64,000 nt of DNA from Camelus dromedarius (taxonomy: Eukaryota): contig NC_087436.1 of assembly GCF_036321535.1 (NCBI RefSeq), forward strand, positions 2,294,001 through 2,358,000, in the 5' to 3' direction. Within the stretch, counting starts at the first letter, position 1, and every line of letters starts with the position of its first letter. The position numbers were made by a program, and so were the translations under genes. This document shows, piece by piece, positions 1-12,676 of this stretch. The notes below the pieces were generated by a model. It worked only from the letters and a program-made list of their open reading frames with translations, made no database searches and was not told the origin of the DNA.

Positions 1-249
1 TAAAACAGAGTTGGAGCTAGTACCTACCCATATATATGTATGGAGTGGAGTTTGCAACTGAAAAGAAACTTTGTGTTCCCAACAAGCTAGGTGAAAGACG
101 GCTTTCACACACACTTATCTCTCAGAACTGAGCATGTGGAGAGACGTTCGTTCATCTAGCACAAAGGGAACTAGTTGCATGAGAAACTTTTACTCATTTT
201 TCTCCATCTGTTTCCTAGTGCCGGTTTGAAGTTCCTTCAGATTTCACTG
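1..249 (+). repeat. Representative satellite monomer (249 bp, arbitrary phase)
   Basis: The next copy begins at 250 (taaaacggagttggagctag). Approximate consensus: TAAAACCGAGTTGGAGCTAGTACCTCCCCATATATATGTATGGAGTGGAGTTTGCAACTGAAAAGAAACTTTGTGTTCCCAACAAGCTAGGTGAAGGACGGCTTTCACACACACTTATCTCTCAGAACTGAGCATGTGGAGAGACGTTCGTTCATCTAGCACAAAGGGAACGGGTTGCAGGAGAAACTTTTACTCTGGTTTCTCAGTCTGTTTCCTAGTGCCGGTTTGAAGTTCCTGCAGTTTTCACTG. Confidence 0.97.
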
Positions 250-3200
250 TAAAACGGAGTTGGAGCTAGTACCTCCCCATATATATGTATGGAGTGGATT
301 TTGCAACTGAAAATAAATTTTGTGTTCCCAACAAGCTAGGGGAAGGACGGCTTTCACACACACTTATCTCTCAGAACTCAGCATGTGGAGAGACTTTCGC
401 TCATCTAGCACAAAGGGAACGGGTTGCAGGAGAAACTTTTACTCATTTTTCTCAGTATGTTTCCTACTTCCTGTTTGAAGTTTCTTCAGTTTTCACTGTA
501 AAACCGTGTTGGAGCTAGTACCTACCCATATATATGTATGGAGTGGAATTTGCAACTGAAAAGAAACTTTGTGTTCCCAACAAGCTAGGGGAAGGACGGC
601 TTTCACACACACTTATCTCTCAGAACTGAGCATGTGGAGAGACATTCGTTCATCTAGCACAAAGGGAACGGTTTACAGGAGAAAATTTTACTCTGGTTTC
701 TCAGTCTGTTTCCTAGTGCCGGTTTGAAGTTCCTGCAGTTTTCACTGTAAAACAGATTTGGGGCTAGTACCTCCCCATATATATGTATGGAGTGGAGTTT
801 GCAACTGAAAAGAAACTTTGTGTTCCCAACAAGTTAGTTGAAGGACGGCTTCCACACACACTTATCTCTCAGATCTGGGCAAGTGGAGAGACGTTCGTTC
901 ATCTAGCACAAAGGGAACGGGTTGCAGGAGAAACTTTTTCTCTGGTTTCTCAGTCTGTTTCCTGTTGCCGGTTTAAAGTTCCTGCAGTTTTCACTGTAAA
1001 ACCGAGTTGGAACTTGTTCCTCCCCATATATATGTATGGATTGGAGTTTGCAACTTAAAGGAACTTTGTGTTCCTAAGAAGCTAGGTGAAGGACGGCTTT
1101 CACACACACTTATCTCTCAGAACTGAGCATGTGGAGAGACGTTCGTTCATCTAGCACAAAGGGAACTAGTTGCAGGAGAAACTTTTACTCATTTTTCTCC
1201 ATCTGTTTCCTAGTGCCGGTTTGAAGTTCCTTCAGATTTCACTGTAAAACGGAGTTGGAGCTAGTACCTCCCCATATATATGTATGGAGTGGATTTTGCA
1301 ACTGAAAATAAATTTTGTGTTCCCAAAAAGCTAGGGGAAGGACGGCTTTCACACACACTTATCTCTCAGAACTCAGCATGTGGAGAGACTTTCGCTCATC
1401 TAGCACAAAGGGAACGGGTTGCAGGAGAAAATTTTACTCTGGATTCTCAGTCTGTTTCCTAGTGCCGGTTTGAAGTTCCTGCAGTTTTCACTGTAAAAGA
1501 GAGTTGGGGCTAGTACCTCCCCATATATATGTATGGAGTGGAGTTTGCAACTGAAAAGAAACTTTGTGTTCCCAGCAAGCTAGTTGAAGGACGGCTTTCA
1601 CACACACATATCTCTCAGAACTGGGCAAGTGGAGAGACGTTCGTTCATCTAGCACAAAGGGAATGGTTTGCCTGAGAAATTTTTCTCCGGTTTCTAAGTC
1701 TGTTTCCTGTTGCCGGTTTAAAGTTCCTGCAGTTTTCACTTTAAACCGATTTGGAGCTTGTCCCACCCCATATATATGTATGGATTGGAGTTTGCAACTG
1801 AAAGGAACTTGTGTTCCCAAGATGCTAGGTGAAGGACGGCTTTCACACACACTTATATCTCAGAACTGAACATGTGGAGAGACATTTGTTCATCTAGCAC
1901 AAAGGGAACGGTTTGCAGGAGAAACTTTTACTCTGGTTTATCAGTCTGTTTCCTACTGCCGGTTTGAAGTTCCTGCAGTTTTCACTGTAAAACAGAGTTG
2001 GAGCTAGTATCTCCGCATATATATGTATGGATTGGAGTTTTCAAGTGAAAAGAAACTTTGTGTTCCCAACAAGCTAGGTGAAGGAAGGCATTCACACACA
2101 CTTATCTCTCAGAACTGAGCATGTGGAGAGACGTTCGTTCACCTAGTACAAAGGGAACTGTTTGCAGGAGAAACTTTTACTCTGGTTTCTTAGTCTGTTT
2201 CCTAGTGCCGGTATGAATTTCCTGCAGTTTTCACTGTAAAACAGATTTGGAGCAAGTACCTACCCATATATATTTATGGAGTGGAGTTTGCAACTGAAAA
2301 GAAACTTTGTGTTCCCAACACGCTAGGGGAAGGACGGCTTTCACACACACTTATCTCTCAGATCTGGGCAAGTAGAGAGACGTTCGTTCATCTAGCACAA
2401 AGGAACGGGTTGCTGGAGAAAATTTACTCTGGATTCTCAGTCTGTTTCCTAGGGCCGGGTTGAAGTTTCTGCAGTTTTCACTGTAAAACAGAGTTGGGGC
2501 TAGTACCTCCCCATATATATGTATGGAGTGGAGTTTGCAACTGAAAAGAAACTTTGTGTTCCCAGCAAGCTAGGTGAAGGACGGCTTTCACACACAAATG
2601 TCTCTCAGAACTCAGCATTTGGAGAGACGTTCGTTCATCTAGCAAAAAGGGAACGGGTTGCAGGAGAAACTTTTACTCTGGTTTCTCAGTCTGTTTCCTA
2701 GTGCCGGTTTGAATTTCCTGCAGTTTTCAGTGTAAAACAGAGTTGGAGCTAGTACCTACCCATATATGTGTATGGAGTGGAGTTTGCAACTGAAAAGAAA
2801 CTTTGTGTTCCCAACAAGCTAGGCGAAGGACGGCTTTCACACAAACTTATCTCTCAGAACTGAGCATGTGGAGAGACGTTCTTTCATCTAGCACAAAGGG
2901 AACGGGATGCAGGAGAAACTTTTTCTCTGGTTTCTCAGTCTGTTTCCTAGTGCCGGTTTGAAGTTCCTGCAGTTTTCACTGTAAAATCGAGTTAGAGCTT
3001 GTACCTCACCATATACATGTATGGATTGGATTTTGCAACTTAAAAGAACTTTGTGTTCCCAAGAAGCTAGGTGAAGGACGGCTTTCACACGCACTTATCT
3101 CTCAGAACTGAGTATGTTGAGAGACGTTCGTTCATCTAGCACAAACGGAACGGGTTGCAGGAGAAACTTTTACTCCGGTTTCTCAGTCTGTTTCCTAGTG

Positions 3201-6200
3201 CCGGTTTGAATTTCCTGCTGTTTTCACTGTAAAACCGAGTTTGAGCTAGGTCCTACCCATATATATGTATGGAGTGGATTTTGCAACTGAAAAGAAACTT
3301 TGTGTTCCCAACAAGCTAGGTGAAGGACGGCTTTCACACACACTTATCTCTCAGAACTGAGCATGTGGAGAGACGTTCGTTCATCTAGCACAAAGGGAAC
3401 GGGTTGCAGGAGAAACTTTTACTCATTTTTCTCAGTATGTTTCCTACTTCCTGTTTGAAGTTTCTTCAGTTTTCACTGTAAAACCGTGTTGGAGCTAGTA
3501 CCTCCCCATATATAAGTATGGAGTGGAGTTTGCAACTGAAAAGAAACTTTGTGTTCCCAACAAGCTATGGGAAGGACGGCTTTCACACACACTTATCTCT
3601 CAGAACTGAGCATGTGGAGAGACGTTCGTTCATCTAGCACAAAGGGAATGAGTTGCAGGAAAAAATTTTACTCTGGTTTCTCAGTCTGTTTCCTAGTGCC
3701 GGTGTGAAGTTCCTGCAGTTTTCACTGTAAAACCGAGTTGGAGCTTGTACCGCCCCATAAATATGTATGGAGTGCAGTTTGCAACTGAAAAGAAACTTTG
3801 TGTTCCCAACAAGTTAGGTGAAGGTGGGCTTTCACACACAATTATCACTCAGGACTGAGCATGTGGAGAGACGTTCGTTCATCTAGCACAAATAGAACGG
3901 GTTGCAGTAGAAAATATGACTCTGGTTTCTCAGTCTGTTTCCTAGTGCCGGTTTGAATTTCCTGCATTTTTCACTGTAAAACAGAGTTGGAGCTAGTACC
4001 TACCCATATATATGTATGGAGTGGAGTTTGCAACTGAAAAGAAACTTTGTGTTCCCAACAAGCTAGGTGAAAGACGGCTTTCACACACACTTATCTCTCA
4101 GAACTGAGCATGTGGAGAGACGTTCGTTCATCTAGCACAAAGGGAACTAGTTGCATGAGAAACTTTTACTCATTTTTCTCCATCTGTTTCCTAGTGCCGG
4201 TTTGAAGTTCCTTCAGATTTCACTGTAAAACGGAGTTGGAGCTAGTACCTCCCCATATATATGTATGGAGTGGATTTTGCAACTGAAAATAAATTTTGTG
4301 TTCCCAACAAGCTAGGGGAAGGACGGCTTTCACACACACTTATCTCTCAGAACTCAGCATGTGGAGAGACTTTCGCTCATCTAGCACAAAGGGAACGGGT
4401 TGCAGGAGAAAATTTTACTCTGGATTCTCAGTCTGTTTCCTAGTGCCGGTTTGAAGTTCCTGCAGTTTTCACTGTAAAAGAGAGTTGGGGCTAGTACCTC
4501 CCCATATATATGTATGGAGTGGAGTTTGCAACTGAAAAGAAACTTTGTGTTCCCAGCAAGCTAGGTGAAGGACGGCTTTCACACACACATATCTCTCAGA
4601 ACTCAGCATGTGGAGAGACGTTCGTTCATCTAGCAAAAATGGAACGGGTTGCAGGAGAAACTTTTACTCTGGTTTCTCAGTCTGTTTCCTAGTGCCGGTT
4701 TGAAGTTCCTGCAGTTTTCACTGTAAAACCGAGCTGGAACTAGTACCTCCCTATATATATGTATGGAGTGGAGTTTCAACAGAAAAGAAACTTTGTGTTC
4801 CCTAGAAGCTAGTTGAAAGACGGCTTTCACACACACTTATCTCTCAGATCTGAGCATGTGGAGAGACTTTCGTTCATCTAGCACAAAGGGAACGGTTTGC
4901 AGTGGAAACTTTTACTCTGGTTTCTCAGTCTGTTTCCTGTTGCCGGTTTGAAGTTCCTGCAGTTTTCACTGTAAAACCGAGTTGGAGCTAGTACCTCCCC
5001 ATATATATGTATGGATTGGAGATTGCAACTGAAAAGAAACTTTGTGTTCCCAACAAGCTAGGGGAAGGACGGCTTTCACACACACTTATCTGTCAGATCT
5101 CAGCATGTGGAGAGACGTTCGTTCATCTAGCAAAAAGGGAAAGGGTTGCAGGAGAAACTTTACCCATTTATCTCAGTCTGTTTCCTAGTGCCGGTTTGAA
5201 GTTCCTGCAGTTTTCACTGTAAAATCGAGTTGGAACTAGTACCTCCCCATATATATGTATGGAGAGGAGTTTGCAAATGAAAAGAAACTTTGTATTCCCA
5301 ACAAGCTACGTGAAGGAAGACTTTCACACACACTTATCTCTCAGAAATGAGCATGTGGAGAGACGTTCGTTCATCTAGCACAAAGGGAACGGGTTGCAGT
5401 AGAAAATTTGACTCTGGATTCTCAGTCTGTTTCCTAGTGCCGGTTTGATGTTCCTGCAGTTTTCACTGTAATCCGAGTTGGAGCTATTACCTCCCTATAT
5501 ATATGTATGGAGTGGAGTTTGAAACTGAAAAGAAACTTTGTGTTCCCAACAAGCTAAGTGAAGGACGGCTTTCACACACACTTATCTCTCAGAACTGAGC
5601 ATGTGGAGAGACGTTCGTTCATCTAGCACAAAGGGAACGGGTTGCAGGGGAAACTTTTACTCTGGTTTCTCAGTCTGTTTCCTGTTGCCGGTTTGAAGTT
5701 CCTGCAGTTTTCACTGTAAAACCGAGTTGGAGCTAGTACCTCCCCATATATATGTATGGAGTGGAGTGTCAACTGAAAAGAAACTTTGTGTTCCCAAAAA
5801 GCTAGGTGAAGGACGGCTTTCACACACACTTATCTCTCAGAACTGAGCATGTGGTGAGACGTTCGTTCAGCTAGCACAAAGGGAACGGGTTACAGGAGAA
5901 AGTTTTACTCTGGTTTCTCAGTCGGTTTCCTAGTGCCGGTTTGATGTTCCTGCAGTTTTCACAGTAAAACAGAGTTGGGGCTAGTACCTCCCCATATATA
6001 TGTATGGATTGGATTTTGCAACAGAAAAGAAACTTTGTGTTCCCAACAAGTTAGGTGAAGGACGGCTTTCACACACACTTATCTCTCAGATCTCAGCATG
6101 TGGAGAGACGTTCGTTCATCTAGCACAAAGGGAAAGGGTTGCAGGAGAAACTTTACTCATTTATCTCAGTCAGTTTCCTAGTGCCGTTTTGAAGTTCCTG

Positions 6201-9200
6201 CAGTTTTCACTGTAAAATCGAGTTGGAGCTAGTACCTCCCCATATATATGTATGGTGGGTAGTTTGCAACAGAAAAGAAACTTTGTGTTCCCAACAAGCT
6301 AGGTGAAGGACGACTTTCACACACACATATCTCTCAGAAATGAGCATGTGGAGAGACTTTCGTTCATCTATCACAAAGGGAACGGGTTGCAGAAGAAAAT
6401 TTAACTCTGATCTCTCAGTCTGTTTCCTAGTGCCGGTTTGAAGTTCCTGCAGTTTTCACTGTAAAACAGATTTGGAGCTAGTAACTCTCCATATATATGT
6501 ATGGAGTGGGGTTTGCAACTGAAAATAAACTTTGTGTTCCCAACAAGCTAGGGGAAGGACGGCTTTCACACACACTTATCTCTCAGAACTGAGCATGTGG
6601 AGAGACGTTCGTTCATCTAGCACAAAGGGAATGGGTTGCAGGAAAAAATTTTACTCTGGTTTCTCAGTCTGTTTCCTAGTGCCGGTGTGAAGTTCCTGCA
6701 GTTTTCACTGTAAAACCGATTTGGAGCTTGTACCGCCCCAAAAATATGTATGGAGTGGAGTTTGCAACTGAAAAGAAACTTTGTGTTCCCAACAAGCTAG
6801 GTGAAGGAGGGCTTTCACACACAATTATCACTCAGGACTGAGCATGTGGAGAGACGTTCGTTCATCTAGCACAAAGGGAACGGGTTGCAGGAGAAAATTT
6901 ACTCATTAATTTCAGTCAGTTTCCTAGTGCCGTTTTGAAGTTCCTGCAGTTTTCACTGTAAAACCGAGTTGGAGGTAGTACCTCCCTATATATATGTATG
7001 GAGTGGAGTTTGCAACTGAAAAGAATCTTTGTGTTCCCAACAAGCTAGGTGAAGGACGGCTTTCACACACACTTATTTCTGAGAACTGAGCATGTGGAGA
7101 GACTTTCGTTCATCTAACACAAAGGGAACGGGTTGCAGGAGAAAATTTTAATCTGGTTTCTCAGTCTGTTTCCTAGTGCCGGTTTGAAGTTCCTGCAGTT
7201 TTCACTGTAAAACAGAGTTGGAGCTAGTACCAACCCATATATATGTATGGAGTGGATTTTGCAACTGAAAAGAAACTTTGTGTTCCCAACAAGCTAGGTG
7301 AAGGACGGCTTTCACACACACTTATTTCTCAGAAATGAGCATGTGGAGAGACATTCGTTCATCTAGCACAAAGGGAACGTGTTGCGGTAGAAAATTTGAC
7401 TCTGGTTTCTCAGTCTGTTTCCTAGTGCCGATATGAATTTCCTACAGTTTTCACTATAAAACAGAGTTGGTGCAAGTACCTACCCATATATATTTATGGA
7501 GTGGAGTTTGCAACTGAAAAGAAACTTTGTGTTCCCAACAAGCTAGGGGAAGGACGGCTTTCACACACACTTATCTCTCAAATCTGGGCAAGTGGAGAGA
7601 CGTTCGTTCATCTAGCACAAAGGAACGGGTTGCAGGAGAAAATTTTACTCTGGATTCTCAGGCTGTTTCCTAGTTCCGGTTTGAAGTTCCTGCAGTTTTC
7701 ACTGTAAAACAGAGTTGGGGCTAGTACCTCCCCATATATATGTATGGAGTGGAGTTTGCAACTGAAAAGAAACTTTATGTTCCCAGCAAGCTAGCTGAAG
7801 AACGGCTTTCACACACACATATCTCTCAGAACTCAGCATGTGGAGAGACGTTCGTTCATCTAGCAAAATGGGAACGGGTTGCAGGAGAAACTTTTACTCT
7901 GTTTTCTCAGTCTGTTTCCTAGTGCCGGTTTGAATTTCCTGCAGTTTTCACTGTAAAACAGAGTTGGAGCTAGTACCTACCCATATATATGTATGGAGTG
8001 GAGTTTGCAACTGAAAAGAAACTTTGTGTTCCCAACAAGCTAGGCGAAGGACGGCTTTCACACAAAATTATCTCTCAGAACTGAGCATGTGGAGAGACGT
8101 TCGTTCATCTAGAACAAAGGGAACGGGTTGCAGGAGAAACTTTTTCTCTGGTTTCACAGTCTGTTTCCTAGTGCCGGTTTGAAGTTCCTGCAGTTTTCAC
8201 TTTAAAACCGAGTTGGAGCTTGTACCTCACCATATACATGTATGGATTGGATTTTGCAACTTAAAAGAACTTTGTGTTCCCAAGAAGCTAGGTGAAGGAC
8301 GGCTTTCACACGCACTTATCTCTCAGAACTGAGTATGTTGAGAGACGTTCGTTCATCTAGCACAAAGGGAACGGATTGCAGGAGAAACTTTTACTCTGGT
8401 TTCTCAGTCTGTTTCCTAGTGCCGGTTTGTATTTCCTGCTGTTTTCACTGTAAAACCGAGTTTGAGCTAGTACCTACCCATATATATGTATGGAGTGGAG
8501 TTTGCAACTGAAAAGAAACTTTGTGTTCCCAACAAGCTATGTGAAGGACGGCTTTCACACACACTTATCTCTCAGATCTGGGCAAGTGGAGAGACGTTCG
8601 TTCATCTAGCACAAAGGGAATGGGTTGCAGGAGAAATTTTTCTCCGGTTTCTCAGTCTGTTTCCTGTTGCCGGTTTAAAGTTCCTGCAGTTTTCACTGTA
8701 AAACAGAGTTGGGGCTAGTACCTCCCCATATATATGTATGGAGTGGGGTTTGCAACTGAAAGGAAATTTGTGTTCCCAAGAAGCTAGGTGAAGGACGGCT
8801 TTCACACACACTTATCTCTCAGAACTTAGCATGTGGAGAGACGTTCGTTCATCTAGCACAAAGGGAACGGGTTGCAGGAGAAACTTTTACCCTGGTTTCT
8901 CACTCTGTTTCCTAGTGCTGGTTTGAAGTTCCTGCAGTTTTCACTGTAAAACAGAGTTGGAGCTAGTACCTCCCCATATATATGTATGGAGTGGAGTTTG
9001 CAACTGAAAAGAAACTTTGTGTTCCCAACAAGTTATGTGAAGGACGGCTTTCACACACAATTATCTCTCAGAACTGAGCATGTGGAGACACGTTCGTTCA
9101 TCTAGCACAAAGGGAACGGGTTGCAGGAGAAACTTTTACTCATTTATCTCAGTCTGATTCCTAGTGCCGGTTTGAAGTTCCTGCAGTTTTCACTGTAAAA

Positions 9201-12200
9201 CCGTGTTGGCGCTAGTACCTCCCCATATATATGTATGGAGTGGAGTTTGCAACTGAAAAGAAACTTTGTGTTCCCAACAAGCTAGGTGAAGGACGGCTTT
9301 CACACACACTTATCTCTCAGAACTGAGCATGTGGAGAGACGTTCGTTCATTTAGCACAAAGGGAATGGTTTGCAGTAGAAAATTTAACTCTGGTTTCTCA
9401 GTCTGTTTCCTAGTGCCGGTTTGAATTTCCTGCATTTTTCACTGTAAAACCGAGTTGGAACCAGTACCTCCCTATATATATTTATGGATTGGAGTTTGCA
9501 ACTGAAAAGAAACTTTGTGTTCCCAACAAGATATGTGAAGGACGGCTTTCACACACACTTATCTCTCAGAGCTGAGCATGTGGAGAGACGTTCGTTCATC
9601 TAGCACAAAGGGAACGGGTTGCAGCGGAAACTTTTACTCTGGTTTCTCAGTCTGTTTCCTGATGCCGGTTTGAAGTTCCTGCAGCTTTCACTGTAAAACC
9701 GAGTTGGAGCTAGCACCTCCCCATATATATGTATGGAGTGGAGTTTGCAACTGAAAAGAAACTTTGTGTTCCCAACAAGCTAGGTGAAGGACGGCTTTCA
9801 CACACACTTATCTCTCAGAACTGAGCATGTGGAGAGACGTTCGTTCATCTAGCACAAAGGGAACGGGTTGCAGGAGAAATTTTACTCTGGTTTCTCAGTC
9901 TGTTTCCTGTTGCCGGTTTGAATTTCCTGCATTTTTCACTGTAAAACCGAGATGGAGCTAGTACCTCCCCATATATATGTATGTAGTGGAGTTTCAACTG
10001 AAAAGAAACTTTGTTTTCCCAAAAAGCTAGGTGAAGGACGGCTTTCACTCACAATTATCTCTCAGATCTCAGCATGTGGAGAGACGTTCGTTCATCTAGC
10101 ACAAAGGGAAAGGGTTGCAGGAGAAACTTTACTCATTTATCTCAGTCAGTTTCCTAGTGCCGTTTTGAAGTTCCTGCAGTTTTCACTGTAAAACCGATTT
10201 GGAGCTAGTACCTCCCTATATATATGTATGGAGTGGAGTTTGCAACTGAAAAAAAAATTTGTGTTCCCAACAATAAAGGTGAAGTACGGCATTCACACAC
10301 AATTATCTCTCAGAACTGAGCATGTGGATAGACGTTCGTTCATCTAGCACAATGGGGACGGGTTGCAGGAGAAACTTTTACTCTGGTTTCTCAGTCTGTT
10401 TCCTAGTTCCGGTTTGAAGTTCCTGCAGTTTTCACTGTAAACCGGAGTTTTAGCTAGGAGCTCCCCATATATATGAATGGAGTGGAGTTTGCAAGTGAAA
10501 AGAAACTTTGTGTTCCCAAGAAGCTAGGTGAAGGACGGCTTTCACACACACTTATCTCTCAGAACTGAGCATGTGGAGAGACTTTCGTTCATCTAGCACA
10601 AATGGAACGGGTTGCAGGAGAAAATTTTACTCTGGTTTCTCAGTCTGTTTCCTAGTGCCGGTATTAAATTCCTGCAATTTTCACTGTAAAACAGAGTTGG
10701 GGCTAGTACCTCCCCATATATATGTATGGAGTGGAGTTTGCAACTGAAAAGAAACTTTGTGTTCCCAACAAGCTAGGTGAAGGACGGCTTTCACACACAA
10801 TTATTTCTGAGAACTGAGCATGTGGAGAGACTTTCGTTCATCTAACACAAAGGGAACGGTTTGCAGGAGAAACTTTTACTCTGGTTTCTCAGTTTGTTTC
10901 CTAGTGCCGGTTTGAAGTTCCTGCAGTTTTCACTGTAAAACAGAGTTGGAGCTAGTACCAACCCATATATATGTATGGAGTGGATTTTGCAACTGAAAAG
11001 AAACTTTGTGTTCCCAACAAGCTAGGTGAAGGACGACTTTCACACACACTTATCTCTCAGAAATGAGCATGTGGAGAGACATTCGTTCATCTAGCACAAA
11101 GGGAACGTGTTGCGGTAGAAAATTTGACTCTGGTTTCTCAGTCTGTTTCCTAGTGCCGGTATGAATTTCCTACAGTTTTCACTGTAAAACAGAGTTGGTG
11201 CGAGTACCTACCCATATATATTTATGGAGTGGAGTTTGCAACTGAAAAGAAACTTTGTGTTCCCAACAAGCTAGGGGAAGGACGGCTTTCACACACACTT
11301 ATCTCTCAGATCTGGGCAAGTGGAGAGACGTTCGTTCATCTAACACAAAGGAACGGGTTGCAGGAGAAAATTTTACTCTGGATTCTCAGGCTGTTTCCTA
11401 GTTCCGGTTTGAAGTTCCTGCAGTTTTCACTGTAAAACAGAGTTGGGGTTAGTACCTCCCCATATATATGTATGGAGTGGAGTTTGCAACTGAAAAGAAA
11501 CTTTGTGTTCCCAGCAAGCTAGGTGAAGGACGGCTTTCACACACACATATCTCTCAGAACTCAGCATGTGGAGAGACGTTCGTTCATCTAGCAAAATGGG
11601 AACGGGTTGCAGGAGAAACTTTTACTCTGTTTTCTCTGTCTGTTTCCTAGTGCCGGTTTGAATTTCCTGCAGTTTTCACTGTAAAACAGTGTTGGAGCTA
11701 GTACCTACCCATATATATGTATGGAGTGGAGTTTGCAACTGAAAAGAAACTTTGTGTTCCCAACAAGCTAGGCGAAGGACGGCTTTCACACAAACTTATC
11801 TCTCAGAACTGAGCATGTGGAGAGACGTTCGTTCAGCTAGCACAAAGGGAACGGGTTGCAGGAGAAACTTTTTCTCTGGTTTCACAGTCTGTTTCCTAGT
11901 GCCGGTTTGAAGTTCCTGCAGTTTTCACTGTAAAACCGAGTTGGAGCTTGTACCTCACCATATACATGTATGGATTGGATTTTGCAACTTAAAAGAACTT
12001 TGTGTTCCCAAGAAGCTAGGTGAAGGACGGCTTTCACACGCACTTATCTCTCAGAACTGAGTATGTTGAGAGACGTTCGTTCATCTAGCACAAAGGGAAC
12101 GGATTGCAGGAGAAACTTTTACTCTGGTTTCTCAGTCTGTTTCCTAGTGCCGGTTTGAATTTCCTGCTGTTTTCACTGTAAAACCGAGTTGGAGCTAGTA

Positions 12201-12676
12201 CCTACCCATATATATGTATGGAGTGGAGTTTGCAACTGAAAAGAAACTTTGTGTTCCCAACAATCTATGTGAAGGACGGCTTTCACACACACTTATCTCT
12301 CAGAACTGAGCATGTGGAGAGACGTTCGTTCATCTAGCACAAAGGGAATGGGTTGCAGGAAAAAATTTTACTCTGGTTTCTCAGTCTGTTTCCTAGTGCC
12401 GGTGTGAAGTTCCTGCATTTTTCACTGTAAAACCGAGTTGGAGCTTGTACCGCCCCTTAAATATGTATGGAGTGGAGTTTGCAACTGAAAAGAAACTTTG
12501 TGTTCCCAACAAACTAGGTGAAGGAGGGCTTTCACACACAATTATCACTCAGGACTGAGCATGTGGAGAGACGTTCGTTCATCTAGCAAAAAGGGAACGG
12601 GTTGCAGTAGAAAATTTGTCTCTGGCTTCTCAGTCTGTTTCCTAGTGCCGGTTTGAAGTTCCTGCAGTTTTCAATG
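1..12676 (+). repeat. Left satellite domain: mosaic of dispersed multi-monomer block copies, no regular HOR
   Basis: Identical or near-identical variant monomers recur at offsets of 995 (285/1280), 3976 (285/4261), 5220 (2281/7501) and 3728 (7501/11229, 7740/11468). Confidence 0.8.

Noticed and set aside
29..38. TATA-like CATATATATG and the (CA)n run as promoter or microsatellite
   Set aside because: These are fixed short parts of every monomer with no length variation and no downstream gene.
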